Program-made: the position numbers and the translations under genes
IMG/VR virus record: IMGVR_UViG_3300020399_000132
Location: 113,420-177,419 of that record
Reading direction: 5' to 3' (one strand)
DNA from: a virus
Lineage: Duplodnaviria > Caudoviricetes
DNA length: 64,000 bases
Notes under the pieces: generated by a model
Database searches by the model: none
The model's input: only the letters and a program-made list of their open reading frames with translations
Told to the model about the DNA's origin: nothing
In this document: positions 47,342 to 57,411 of the stretch, piece by piece
Numbering within the stretch: the stretch's first letter is position 1
Layout: the number at the start of each line of letters is the position of its first letter

Positions 47342-48658
47342 CTATTTTTTAGATGACTTAGTTTTCTTTTTAAGTGCTTTACTAATTACCGCTTTTACTG
47401 GTTTCTTTGCTACTTTTTTAGCTGCCTTTTTAGCTACCTTTTTCAACACCTTTGCTTCAGTCGGAGGTTTGAGAATTTCTACTTCCTCTTTAACTGGTTT
47501 TTTTACTGCCTTTGAATCATCTGCATCTTTTTTTTGTGCTTCTCTATATACATTCACAATTTCATCTTGAAAATTATTTGTATCTTTTTCTAAATTTTGC
47601 ATTGATTCTAAAGTTGGATAACTCTTCGCTCTATGATACAATGTAGTTTTTTCCATAGAATCTTGAGCAGCTAATTCATCAATATCAACAGTAGCTATTT
47701 CCGTTGGATCAAATAACTTCATTGTTTTTTGATGAAACTGAACACTCTGAGGAGTATAATTTCTCTCTGGAATCATTTCTGCCGGAGGAAAAACAATTAC
47801 TGTAGGAGTACCTATAAGCTGTGCTAGGTAAGAAAAACCGCCGCGCGATGATATTAGATAAGAACAATTTGAAATCGCAGTAAAGAGCTGTTTAGGGGTC
47901 ATAGTATAGTCAAGATATACTACGGCGCGTTTGGATTTTAAACATGCTTCATTCAAATCATTCCAATACTTATTAACAACTTTTTCATCTCGTGATATCA
48001 TTTTATCACCGATGTTTTCGAAAGAATTTTGTGAAATCAAATCCCAACCAACCGGTGGAGAATATTTGTATATACAAACAGAATCTTTTTTTGGTCTCTT
48101 CCATTGTGACTTAGTAGGATACCATTCCATTTGTGTTGAAAGAGGTGAAAACACATATTGCTCCATATTAATTGGAACATACTTATACCACATATTTCTA
48201 TGAGTTCTATCTATATGAGAAAAAAGGCCTTTACCTTTCAAAGCACTTTTATAAGTTCTTAAAATATTTCCAAATGACCTTCTTATTTTAGTAAATTTAA
48301 TTTCAATATCAGAGCCCCACTCTTTAACCATATATTCGATTTTATCTAAAGTAGTTTCTTTATTATTAAAACCCTTTTTCTCATGTGTATCGTCATATAA
48401 AATTTTTAATCTTATAGGCCTAATCTCATTTAACCATAACCAATAATTCATATTACAAACGATATCCCCATAACCATAATCAGTTATTATGCTAACCATT
48501 TTAGACAGATCAACATTTAGTTCATTTAAAAATACTGAATCTATACTATTATGATGATATAATTCGTGTTCTAATTGATGATATTTTGCCCACCTATTAG
48601 TAGGTAAAAGAATCCTATTCTCATCAAATAAAACTTTTATTGCTGTTTCCTTATCCAT
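47342..48658 (-). CDS. GT-B glycosyltransferase (GT9-like) with Lys/Ala-rich tail
   Basis: GYGDIV, YLISSRGGFSYLAQLIGTPTVIVF; C-terminal KKVAKKAAKKVAKK. Confidence 0.55.
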   Translation of the reverse strand: MDKETAIKVLFDENRILLPTNRWAKYHQLEHELYHHNSIDSVFLNELNVDLSKMVSIITDYGYGDIVCNMNYWLWLNEIRPIRLKILYDDTHEKKGFNNKETTLDKIEYMVKEWGSDIEIKFTKIRRSFGNILRTYKSALKGKGLFSHIDRTHRNMWYKYVPINMEQYVFSPLSTQMEWYPTKSQWKRPKKDSVCIYKYSPPVGWDLISQNSFENIGDKMISRDEKVVNKYWNDLNEACLKSKRAVVYLDYTMTPKQLFTAISNCSYLISSRGGFSYLAQLIGTPTVIVFPPAEMIPERNYTPQSVQFHQKTMKLFDPTEIATVDIDELAAQDSMEKTTLYHRAKSYPTLESMQNLEKDTNNFQDEIVNVYREAQKKDADDSKAVKKPVKEEVEILKPPTEAKVLKKVAKKAAKKVAKKPVKAVISKALKKKTKSSKK

Positions 48659-48671
48659 AACTTTAACCTAT

Positions 48672-48700
48672 ATTATACCCTATTTCTGTAATAATATCAA
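48672..48700 (-). promoter_or_regulatory. sigma70-type promoter TTGATA-N17-TATAAT
   Basis: TTGATA 48700-48695, TATAAT 48677-48672; upstream of the GT-gp55-gp47-gp46 run. Confidence 0.7.
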
Positions 48701-48715
48701 CTGTTAACTTGCCGG

Positions 48716-48744
48716 TTGATTTTTTTGAAAAAATATATTATAAT
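48716..48744 (+). promoter_or_regulatory. divergent plus-strand sigma70-type promoter TTGATT-N17-TATAAT
   Basis: TTGATT 48716-48721, TATAAT 48739-48744; points antisense into uvsW. Confidence 0.45.
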
Positions 48745-48776
48745 AAATATGTTGTCGGCACCGGAGAATATATAAA

Positions 48777-50225
48777 TTACATCCTGATGTGAAACATACT
48801 ATATTTAAATTGTTGTTCATTATATTGAGAAATTCTTTCTTTAAAGTGCTTGAGAGTATAATTGGTATAAGATTTATAAGATAAATCATCAGCTATATCA
48901 AATAATACAGCTTCTGTTTTATTATCACCTTTTCGCAATCCTCTTCCTATCGATTGTAAATTTCTTATTTTAGACTTAGAAGGACTGGCAAAAATGATAT
49001 TATGAAGATTCCTAATATTAATACCAGTAGAAAAAGTTCCGAATGAAGCCACAATAATCGCATCGGTTTCTTTTTCTGTAATTTTTCTAATTTCTTCTCT
49101 GTCTGCTCCATCAACTCCTCCATATACAAAAAATACTTTCCTATTACTCTCTACTTTTTCTTTTATTATATTATATAATATTTTACCATGTTTTTCAACA
49201 AATTGAAACAAAAGTAATGTATTTCCCTTTTGGTCAACTGCTAGATTTCGAATAAATTTATTTCTTTTAGGATGTCTAACGAGATAATCCATTTCATCTT
49301 GATATGAAAACCCTTTACATTCAGCTTTTGATTCATCACTGTAAGTTAGTATGAGAGCTTTAATAGAAAATTCTGAAAGATATCCGGCATCAATTAAATC
49401 TTTTGTTTGGGTTACACTAAAAACTGGTCCAAATAATCCTTCAAGAATTAACTTATGAGTTTGAGTATCATCTAAAGTGCCCGTTGTACCAAATTTGTAT
49501 CTACAATTTTTTAACTTGCTCATTACAGAAGTTAAAGATTTGGCTTTAAATAGATGTGCTTCGTCACCAACCATAAATTCGAATCCTTCGAAATAGCTTT
49601 TAGGTAAATTATATATTGATTGCCAAGTCGATATAACTATTGGTTTATCAGTTTCTTTTTCCTTACCGGCTCTTATAATATGACAATTTTTTTCCACATC
49701 CCAGTCATCGCTATATTCTTGAAAATCTGTATACATTTGTTGTGTTAATGATACAGTTGGTACCACTATGAGACTCCTTGTATTATAATATCTTAATAAT
49801 AAATATATTATAAGAGATTTTCCGGAAGCTGTTGGAGATAAGAGTAAGCACCTATCATTTTGAATACAATGTGTTACAGCTCTTAATTGATAATCTCTAG
49901 GTTCTAGATTTAAAGCGTAGTGTCCATATAACCGAGAGCAATCAGTATCAGTGAAATTATTATTACCGAACGTAAAATTTTTATCAATTTGTAATTCATA
50001 GTCTCCGGTTTCACAGAATTTTTTAACATATTCAGCAAGTCCATAATATAATCTCCCTGTTCTTATATCAAATAGTCTTATTTTGCCGTCCCAAAATCCA
50101 TTTTTGTAGGACGATGTGAATCTAGCATTTGGAACTTCAAATGTAAAATAATCATTTAATTCTGCTGCTTGGCCTCTTTCACAATCTACTAATAAATGAA
50201 CATCATCTATTTTTTTTAATATCAT
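48777..50225 (-). CDS. uvsW: DNA helicase UvsW
   Basis: WDGKIRLF, SPTASGKS, GDEAH, GTFSTGINI, LQSIGRGLR. Confidence 0.97.
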   Translation of the reverse strand: MILKKIDDVHLLVDCERGQAAELNDYFTFEVPNARFTSSYKNGFWDGKIRLFDIRTGRLYYGLAEYVKKFCETGDYELQIDKNFTFGNNNFTDTDCSRLYGHYALNLEPRDYQLRAVTHCIQNDRCLLLSPTASGKSLIIYLLLRYYNTRSLIVVPTVSLTQQMYTDFQEYSDDWDVEKNCHIIRAGKEKETDKPIVISTWQSIYNLPKSYFEGFEFMVGDEAHLFKAKSLTSVMSKLKNCRYKFGTTGTLDDTQTHKLILEGLFGPVFSVTQTKDLIDAGYLSEFSIKALILTYSDESKAECKGFSYQDEMDYLVRHPKRNKFIRNLAVDQKGNTLLLFQFVEKHGKILYNIIKEKVESNRKVFFVYGGVDGADREEIRKITEKETDAIIVASFGTFSTGINIRNLHNIIFASPSKSKIRNLQSIGRGLRKGDNKTEAVLFDIADDLSYKSYTNYTLKHFKERISQYNEQQFKYSMFHIRM

Positions 50226-50665
50226 TGTCCCATTGTAAAGCGTAAAAAGTCAATTGCAGATTTAATATTATATCCTCTAGTATTTAGGGATTTGATAATT
50301 GATTCTAAAAACTCTACTTTTATCTTTTGATATTCCAGTTTTTGATTTGCTTCAATTAAATCATCATCTCCCTGAAGATATGTTTCTATTTTAGGTTCAT
50401 ATCCTTTAATTATTTTAATTTTAAATTGTTCCCATCCATGTTCTTCTAACTCTTCTTCACTCATTTTTCCAGCATACCAGATAGTTTTAAACTTTAGAAG
50501 TTTCTTATTTTCAAAAAATAACTTCTTTTGAGAAAGAGATTCATCGTTATAAATCCCTAAGTATTTACTATGAAGATTGGGGAGTTTTAATAATTCTATA
50601 TCTAATTTGGTATCATCAATCTGACAATCTTTTTGCCACATTGTTTGAATATCACTTAATTTCAT
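50222..50665 (-). CDS. uvsY: recombination mediator UvsY
   Basis: WQKDCQIDDTKLD...PNLHSKYL...RGYNIKSAIDF; synteny. Confidence 0.9.
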   Translation of the reverse strand: MKLSDIQTMWQKDCQIDDTKLDIELLKLPNLHSKYLGIYNDESLSQKKLFFENKKLLKFKTIWYAGKMSEEELEEHGWEQFKIKIIKGYEPKIETYLQGDDDLIEANQKLEYQKIKVEFLESIIKSLNTRGYNIKSAIDFLRFTMGQ

Positions 50666-50671
50666 AATATT

Positions 50672-51196
50672 TTATGTAGGTTCGTTTAGCCTTGTCATTG
50701 TATAATAATTATATTGAAAAACTATATCTGCTGTAGAATATGTTATGTCGGCAGACATTATATCAAACTGAACTGATCCGATAGATTTAGGCCATAAATT
50801 ATAAAAATCGAATCTTAATGAGGGATTTTTTGAACCAGTAAGAATAAATAATTGCCCTGTTGTATCAAGACCAGATTCTTTTCTTTTTTCATAATCTTTA
50901 AATCCAAAAGGTTTTCCTAAACCAATTATCCATTTTTGTATTTCTTCCCAATTTTTTAGATATTCATCAACGATTATTGTTATTGAAAATTCATCAAATG
51001 ATACATTATCACCAGCTACATAATGTTGTTTATGAGGTGTGGGAATAGGAATTTCTGATATTGAAACGCCAGGTAAATTGGCTGTTTGACAGTAAAATTG
51101 AGTTTCAGGCATAGCAGAGCAAAGAAATCTGAAGCCAGTAGGTGAAAGGTAATTTATATTATCTGTACCGCGTACTCCGGTAGATGCTTGTGCCAT
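50672..51196 (-). CDS. gp3: tail tube terminator gp3
   Basis: NYLSPTGFRF...CQTANLPGVS...VDEYLKNW; gp23-gp3-uvsY-uvsW synteny. Confidence 0.85.
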   Translation of the reverse strand: MAQASTGVRGTDNINYLSPTGFRFLCSAMPETQFYCQTANLPGVSISEIPIPTPHKQHYVAGDNVSFDEFSITIIVDEYLKNWEEIQKWIIGLGKPFGFKDYEKRKESGLDTTGQLFILTGSKNPSLRFDFYNLWPKSIGSVQFDIMSADITYSTADIVFQYNYYTMTRLNEPT

Positions 51197-51213
51197 TGAT
51201 ACCTCGTGAGCAT

Positions 51214-51250
51214 AAAAAAAGGGTAAGGAAATCTAAGACCCCTTACCCTT
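51214..51250 (-). terminator. rho-independent terminator after gp23
   Basis: AAGGGTAAGG-(GGTCTTAGATTT)-CCTTACCC followed by a 7-T run. Confidence 0.9.
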
Positions 51251-51257
51251 ATTTATA
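51250..51257 (-). promoter_or_regulatory. T4-type late promoter TATAAATA
   Basis: exact motif abutting the terminator 5' arm, upstream of gp3. Confidence 0.75.
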
Positions 51258-51277
51258 TCACTTAATTTAATACAAGA

Positions 51278-52609
51278 TTACATCAAGTTTGTAACAAGAC
51301 ATCGTCTGTAATAAACATTAGTATTATAAGTGAGTGATCCATCGGAGGATGCTGCAGTTCCAGTGGAGAAAGGATTTGATACCATTCCGTATCGTGTTTT
51401 GAATCCGATCTTTGGCTGAAAATTATTCTCACCAACCGCACGTACCATTTGTAGTGGAACGTATGGGCAATAGAATAATCCGGCATCATATGCGCTAGAA
51501 CCTTTATATCCTAGTACAAACCAATTTGTGTCTTGGATTGTTGCATATGGATCAACATATACTTTATAACGACCATTAAGTGTACCAGCAAATGTTGATT
51601 GTGTGTCATCAACATTCAAGGAATCGTTACCGGAAAGAGCAGGTGTGTAATCAAGTACACCAGCCATTTGCAATGCGGAAGCAACATCCGAAGAAGTCAT
51701 AAGGATATTACCTTTTCCTCTACGTGTGTCGTGCCCGATAGCATTAGCTTCGCGCTCAATCTGGAACATCAGTCCCTTGAATTTTTCAACCATCCAACGA
51801 CCGTTTGAATCAACATCCATATCGAATGTTCCGGCAGTGGCTACGTTGTTCTGGGCACCAGTTTTGGCGTTACCATAAATTGTGCGGATAACTTCGCGGT
51901 TAATCTCTGCCAAAATTTCTGAACTCAAAATATTTGAAAGTTCAGTTTCAGCATCAAGACCATGAATTGCTTTTAGGTCTTGGGCGAGTTCCATTGTGTA
52001 CTCACCTTTGAGTGCGCGTGTTTTCGCTGTAACAGTTACCTTATCGATTGAGAAGGCCATTTCAGCAAAAGCATTTGCAGCCGAATCGCCAAGTGCTTCA
52101 CCAAGTGCCGTAGTCATTCCACGACCAGGTAGATATGCAGTTGAACTTGAAGCGGCAGCCGCTGGGTTACCATTAGCGGTATGTGCAGATGTTGCAGCAG
52201 CGTCACCACCAGAAATTCCAGAATCAGCTTCACTGAAAAGTGCTTCTGAACCAGTTTGACTAGCATAACGGGACTTCATGGCGAAAATTAAGCCAGTCGG
52301 ACCTGTCATAGGTTGAACACCGCAAACATCGTATGCGATTAAGAGAGGCATACTTCTGCGAACCAAGGAAATAAGTACAGGGTCATAACCCTTAATATTT
52401 CCAGCTGTAGTACCCATTCCGGCACCAACCGCGTTCCCAGGAGCGTCCTCAAATAAAATAGTAGATCCGCCTTCTTCCATAATTGATTTTTCCTCATTCT
52501 CTAACAAAACAGCTGTTACTGCTTTCCTATAAGAATCTTTAATAGGAGGAAGATCAGGATGGTCGAGTACGGGACTCCACTTTTCTTGTAAGGTTTCAGA
52601 CAAATACAT
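51278..52609 (-). CDS. gp23: major capsid protein gp23
   Basis: KWSPVLDH, DPVLISLVRR, GVQPMTGPTGLIFAM, ELAQDLKAIHGLDAETEL, GFKTRYG. Confidence 0.98.
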   Translation of the reverse strand: MYLSETLQEKWSPVLDHPDLPPIKDSYRKAVTAVLLENEEKSIMEEGGSTILFEDAPGNAVGAGMGTTAGNIKGYDPVLISLVRRSMPLLIAYDVCGVQPMTGPTGLIFAMKSRYASQTGSEALFSEADSGISGGDAAATSAHTANGNPAAAASSSTAYLPGRGMTTALGEALGDSAANAFAEMAFSIDKVTVTAKTRALKGEYTMELAQDLKAIHGLDAETELSNILSSEILAEINREVIRTIYGNAKTGAQNNVATAGTFDMDVDSNGRWMVEKFKGLMFQIEREANAIGHDTRRGKGNILMTSSDVASALQMAGVLDYTPALSGNDSLNVDDTQSTFAGTLNGRYKVYVDPYATIQDTNWFVLGYKGSSAYDAGLFYCPYVPLQMVRAVGENNFQPKIGFKTRYGMVSNPFSTGTAASSDGSLTYNTNVYYRRCLVTNLM

Positions 52610-52657
52610 TGTTATTCTCCTGTATGTATTTTAGTAAATTTAAATTTAAAAAAAATA

Positions 52658-53959
52658 TTATCTAACATGTCTTGAAATAGCAGACATGTAGTGTTCCATA
52701 CCCGCAGGTACGGCTTCTTTTTCGCTTTCTTCGTCATTATTTTGTGATTCCATATCTTCGACCAAAGCAACCTTCGTATCATCTGAAGGAAAGTAATTTT
52801 CTTTAAGAACTTCAACTTTTTGTTCGTAGTCCTCTGCATTATCAGCTTCAACATTTTCAGCTAATTCTGCCACTTTTTCTTTCTGGGTCTCAGTTAAGTC
52901 TTTCGTCAATGACGATAAAACTTTTTCTTTTTTAACTTTTGTAAGTTCTGACTGAATGTCAACATTTTTACTAACTTGTTCATTCAGTTCTGATTCTAAG
53001 GATTCAACCTTATCGAATAGATCATCGACTACATCAACCTTCTCATCTGGAATTGTAATGTAGTGTTCTGTGAATAGATCTTTTAGTCCAACGAGGAATC
53101 CTTCGGTCAATTCTGAGCGAATTCCTTTTTCGATGGCTAATTTATTATCTTTTACCCATTCTTCGGAAACGTAATTAAGATAATTATCAACTTTTTCTAC
53201 GATTTCTTGGATATAAGAATCAAGTTCTTCAGTTAATCGTTCTTGCATTTGTTCTTCGATTTCTTGTTCTTTACCGATCACAACTTGATTAACTTTGGCT
53301 TGAACCGCTGCTTCAAAAATAGTACTTGCTTTTTCTTTAAAAGCATCAGAAAGATCTTCACCTTCGGTTAACGCATCAATATCATCTTGAACGTCAAGTG
53401 GTTTAGTATCTTCTTCGTCTGTACCTTCTTGAATTGTTAGGGAACTAAGAATAGATTCGTAATGCGCTGCAATCTGATCTTTTTTCAGTTTGCCTAGTCT
53501 TTCATAGACAGCTGCCATCATACCAGATTTAGTTTTTGGCATTTCTTCTTCTTTTACTTTAGTCATTGGTTCGCCTTTATCTGCCATTTTAGCTTTTCCT
53601 TTAACAGGATTACCCATAGCAGTTCCGGAACCTTTAACTTCGGCGGGTGGATCAGCGTTTACAACTTTTTGCTTATCTGGTCCTTCCCCATCTTTTCCAC
53701 CTTTACCAGGTGCTGGTTGATTTTTACTATCCTCTTGAACCTTGCGTGCTTCCTGAACAAGACCTATCTCTTCCAACAACTCATCAGTCTCAGTGGCCGA
53801 TAGCCCCTCATCTTCGCATTTTGATTTAATTTGTTCAACGAGCTCTTCCCTTGCCTCGCCGTCTAATTCTAATGCTTGTTGAGCTAATGTTTCTAGTTCG
53901 TTCACACTATTGGCAAGAGTCTGCTGCTGTTCGGCAGTTTCTTGTTCAGACATTTGCAT
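52658..53959 (-). CDS. gp22: prohead core scaffold gp22
   Basis: LSDAFKEKASTIFEAAV, YLNYVSEEW...AIEKGIRSEL; acidic; N-terminally extended. Confidence 0.92.
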   Translation of the reverse strand: MQMSEQETAEQQQTLANSVNELETLAQQALELDGEAREELVEQIKSKCEDEGLSATETDELLEEIGLVQEARKVQEDSKNQPAPGKGGKDGEGPDKQKVVNADPPAEVKGSGTAMGNPVKGKAKMADKGEPMTKVKEEEMPKTKSGMMAAVYERLGKLKKDQIAAHYESILSSLTIQEGTDEEDTKPLDVQDDIDALTEGEDLSDAFKEKASTIFEAAVQAKVNQVVIGKEQEIEEQMQERLTEELDSYIQEIVEKVDNYLNYVSEEWVKDNKLAIEKGIRSELTEGFLVGLKDLFTEHYITIPDEKVDVVDDLFDKVESLESELNEQVSKNVDIQSELTKVKKEKVLSSLTKDLTETQKEKVAELAENVEADNAEDYEQKVEVLKENYFPSDDTKVALVEDMESQNNDEESEKEAVPAGMEHYMSAISRHVR

Positions 53960-53999
53960 TCTCCTTTAGAATATCTTTTAGAATATTAGTTACTGTTAT

Positions 54000-54007
54000 T
54001 ATTTATA
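54000..54007 (-). promoter_or_regulatory. T4-type late promoter TATAAATA
   Basis: exact motif upstream of gp22. Confidence 0.8.
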
Positions 54008-54010
54008 ACA

Positions 54011-54667
54011 TTAAAGCCTTGACAAAAACTTTTCAAAGGATGAAGTCAAGGCTGATTCATCCGGTTTTACTTTTATAAATTCTTTGACTATAGAGTCTTT
54101 AATATCTTGAACATCTGCTTCTTTTAAAATACCATTATTCCAAATCCATTCTCTGCCTTCCATGATGCCTTCTACGAAGGCCATTGGAGCAGAAGGATCA
54201 GCAACAATGTCTCCAGCTGTTGCAAGATGAAAATCATTTTGTACGATCTGGGAACCACCTAACGATTTTAGTGTTCCCATTCCTCTAGAACTTACTCCTA
54301 ATTTAGCACCTTCATCAATTAAATTTTTGACAATTTTACCATATGGAGTTTCCATAATTTTTGCTTTTCCAATAAAATTTGCACCATCTTGTTTGAGTTC
54401 CTTAACCATATGTGAAACTCTTTCAAGATTTATAGTAGGTCCATCTGGATGACCTAATTCTCCGAATGCTCTGTTGGTATCAATATATTGTTTAGAATAT
54501 CTAGATACTTCGTTTTGCATAGTTTCTAGTGGATAGACTCGTCCGTTTCTATTTTTTTGTTCTGCTTGTAAAAATACACCTTTGATATAGTAATTTTTTT
54601 GATCTGTAGAATTATCCTTTTCTACAAGCATTTCTACGTCTTCCATTAGTTCGCAAATGAGTTTCAT
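54011..54667 (-). CDS. gp21: prohead protease gp21
   Basis: GVFLQAEQKNRNGRVYP, GELGHP, GVSSRGMG, DIVADPSAP. Confidence 0.97.
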   Translation of the reverse strand: MKLICELMEDVEMLVEKDNSTDQKNYYIKGVFLQAEQKNRNGRVYPLETMQNEVSRYSKQYIDTNRAFGELGHPDGPTINLERVSHMVKELKQDGANFIGKAKIMETPYGKIVKNLIDEGAKLGVSSRGMGTLKSLGGSQIVQNDFHLATAGDIVADPSAPMAFVEGIMEGREWIWNNGILKEADVQDIKDSIVKEFIKVKPDESALTSSFEKFLSRL

Positions 54668-54675
54668 TTAATTCC

Positions 54676-54939
54676 TTATCTGATAGCGACTTTGGTTAAT
54701 AGTACACCGGCATTTGCCGCGAAAATCCAATCCGTAGGATCTTTTTCAATAAATGCGTCTGCGCCTCCGGCTAAAACAAAGCTACCTTTTAAAACGCTAC
54801 CTGCAGTTTCTACGGTAACGAGATGATTAGTAGTAGTGTTATTAAATGCTCTAACACACGTTGCAGATTGTACATCGCCGCCTGCGCCGGTTTGTATCTC
54901 GGCCGGTGCTGATGCTCCTAAAGCTTTAATCATTCTCAT
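54676..54939 (-). CDS. small conserved T4-like head-region protein
   Basis: ATCVRAFN...IEKDPTD...KVA; between gp20 and gp21. Confidence 0.65.
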   Translation of the reverse strand: MRMIKALGASAPAEIQTGAGGDVQSATCVRAFNNTTTNHLVTVETAGSVLKGSFVLAGGADAFIEKDPTDWIFAANAGVLLTKVAIR

Positions 54940-54970
54940 TATTAATTATCCTAACTAGTATTGTTATGTT

Positions 54971-54978
54971 TATTTATA
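54971..54978 (-). promoter_or_regulatory. T4-type late promoter TATAAATA
   Basis: exact motif. Confidence 0.75.
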
Positions 54979-54998
54979 CAATTTCTTCGGCTATGATT

Positions 54999-55169
54999 TC
55001 ATTTTTTATTATCAAATAAGTTAGAATTAAAATCTTTTTTTAATTCCTCTATGCGACTCGAGATTTTATTATTTAAAACATCAAATGTCCTGTCACGAGC
55101 CTTATATTCTTTTCCACATAGTATATCGTCAATCATATTTGCTATAGTTTCTCTACCTTTATTTTCCAA
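54999..55169 (-). CDS. gp67-like prohead core protein (56 aa, TTG start)
   Basis: ...NMIDDILCGKEYKARDRTFDVLNNKISSRIEELKKDF; directly after portal. Confidence 0.6.
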   Translation of the reverse strand: MENKGRETIANMIDDILCGKEYKARDRTFDVLNNKISSRIEELKKDFNSNLFDNKK

Positions 55170-56802
55170 CGACTTTCCTTCTAGGTAGGCTGTATAATTT
55201 TCCTCCTGTAAGCATTTCTGGTTTAACTGCTTCCGGTTGACCAGCTTCTGGTGGAGGTGGTGTTACTCCGGGTTGTACATTAATTTGATTACTAGGATCG
55301 GCTACAGGTGGAGCAGGTACTTGTGGTGGCATTTCCTGACCATCCTGTTCTGCTTCTTTAGCCTCATTTTCTATTTCTTTTTCTATTTTCTTTTGTTCAT
55401 CTGGCGTATGTCTTAGAATATTATCTTTAACGTATTGTTTAGATATATATGTTCCTACTAATTCTTCAACATCTCTCATCATATTATATCTATCGGTCTG
55501 TAATTCTTGAGATTTTAATTCTGCGAAATGATTATCTAAGGCATAATTAAATTTTATTGTTTCTCTTAATTTAGTCCATTCAGAAGTATGAATAACATTT
55601 TTAAGAATTAATTGTTTTTCTAGGCATTGATAAAATAAATGTGAAAATCTTATTCTGATTCTATCAATAAATCTTGAAAATTTTAATTCGTCTCTGCTAA
55701 TTTCAGATGCTCTACCTAATACAAAGGGAGTATCGGCTTCTAATCGTGACAAGGGAACATTTAATGATTGATATAATTTCCTTCTGAAATAATCAACATC
55801 GTCCATTTCACCTAGATTTTGACCACCAGGTAAAGTAGTTATTTCTGTTCCTCTTCCTCCTTCTCTCCGAGGAAGCCAATAATCTTCTAACATCGATTGA
55901 TGTCGTCTATCATCTTTTATATCACCTGTAGCAGCATCATAAACTAATTTATTTTTATACCGAGTCATAATATCTTTGAGATATTGTTCGGCTTTCATTT
56001 TAGGTAAATTACCTACATCAATATAAAAAATTCTTCGTTCCGGAGCTCTTGCAATTCTATAAATTACAACAGCATCTTCCAACATTCTTAATTGATTTAA
56101 TCCTTTAATGGCTTTATGCAAATGAGAAATAACATATTTTTTATCTTTAGTCATTACTCCCGAATGAGCCATTATAATAGAATCTGGTGCTACTTTAACT
56201 CCCAGTTGACTAGGAGTCAATAAACCCTTATCATTAAATAGATAATATTCATGAAATTTCGGTAATTTAAAGACACTAGGTGATTGTTTTTGATCCGGTT
56301 TTATTTCTCTAACCTTTTTAATTTTAAGGGCATCTATTAATCTAAGTTCTTTTATTCCTTGTTGAGGTTCTTTGGGGTCAATCATTACATGATAATATAT
56401 CCTACCTTCAATATACCACCTTTTAAAAATATCATATGCTTGATTATTAAAATCTAGCATTTTTAAAATGATATCAAATTCTTCATCGATCCGGTTTTGC
56501 AAACCTTTAGATAAATTCGTTTTTGTTAGATCTAATTGAACTGGATTTCTATTTTGATTTGTGATGATAGCTTCTTGAATGATATTTTCAACAGCCATAT
56601 CACATTCGGGGTGTTCATTCATTTCCCTATATTTCATGATTAAATCCGCTTCAGTTTTAGCAGTTGCTTCTAAATCTAAGTAGGAAGCAAATGCCCCACC
56701 GGCGGAGGTGGCTTCTACAGCCCCTTCTTCATTTTCAGGGAATGCCAGAGCCGGGAGGTCTGGCCTTTTATCTCTCTCAATATTGAATCCAAATAACTTC
56801 AT
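55159..56802 (-). CDS. gp20: portal protein gp20
   Basis: LHKAIKGLNQLRMLEDAVVIYRIARAPERRIFYIDVGNLPK, EDYWLPRREGGRGTEITTLPGGQNLG. Confidence 0.98.
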   Translation of the reverse strand: MKLFGFNIERDKRPDLPALAFPENEEGAVEATSAGGAFASYLDLEATAKTEADLIMKYREMNEHPECDMAVENIIQEAIITNQNRNPVQLDLTKTNLSKGLQNRIDEEFDIILKMLDFNNQAYDIFKRWYIEGRIYYHVMIDPKEPQQGIKELRLIDALKIKKVREIKPDQKQSPSVFKLPKFHEYYLFNDKGLLTPSQLGVKVAPDSIIMAHSGVMTKDKKYVISHLHKAIKGLNQLRMLEDAVVIYRIARAPERRIFYIDVGNLPKMKAEQYLKDIMTRYKNKLVYDAATGDIKDDRRHQSMLEDYWLPRREGGRGTEITTLPGGQNLGEMDDVDYFRRKLYQSLNVPLSRLEADTPFVLGRASEISRDELKFSRFIDRIRIRFSHLFYQCLEKQLILKNVIHTSEWTKLRETIKFNYALDNHFAELKSQELQTDRYNMMRDVEELVGTYISKQYVKDNILRHTPDEQKKIEKEIENEAKEAEQDGQEMPPQVPAPPVADPSNQINVQPGVTPPPPEAGQPEAVKPEMLTGGKLYSLPRRKVVGK

Positions 56803-56826
56803 AATATATTTTTTAATTTAAATTGT

Positions 56827-57384
56827 TTAAGCGCCTGACGCGATTTTGGCTTCTTTGTGAAGATAGTAATCATATTGCCAATCGATTGTAAATTCCTGGA
56901 TTGTATTAACGGTGTCCCAACTTAAATCAATCGCGGACATGTTTGAAGGCCAACAGTTGAGAAACTTCCACTCCTGATCTTTCTCACCATCTTTCTTATA
57001 CATATCTAATGTAATTGTAGCGGTATAATCAGAGCGAGTCTTGAAGAGATCCTTCGTGGCTTTGTTCGATTGCGCGCCACTAAATGATTCAAACCATTCC
57101 ACCATGACCTTATAAATATCCATGGATTCATCATTTACAACAGTCGTAGTTAATGGTGCAAATTCTCTACTTTCTCCTGCAACTTTTACATTTCTACCAA
57201 AATATGGAACTTCAATGGCCGTAAGTGTGGAGCCGGGTACGTTGGCGGCTTTGCACATATATGAAAATGCACCGGAACTCAAGTTTGTTACGGGCTTACC
57301 TTCCACTTTACACATCATTAAATTAGTGCGGGCACCACCTCCGGACATTGATTTGGTAAACGCTGTTACATTAAAATCTGCCAT
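56827..57384 (-). CDS. gp19: tail tube protein gp19, copy 2
   Basis: GGGARTNL, CKAANVPGS, GRNVKVAG, WPSNMSAIDLSWD. Confidence 0.88.
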   Translation of the reverse strand: MADFNVTAFTKSMSGGGARTNLMMCKVEGKPVTNLSSGAFSYMCKAANVPGSTLTAIEVPYFGRNVKVAGESREFAPLTTTVVNDESMDIYKVMVEWFESFSGAQSNKATKDLFKTRSDYTATITLDMYKKDGEKDQEWKFLNCWPSNMSAIDLSWDTVNTIQEFTIDWQYDYYLHKEAKIASGA

Positions 57385-57411
57385 TTTTTTCCTATTTTAT
57401 TTTTTATGGGT

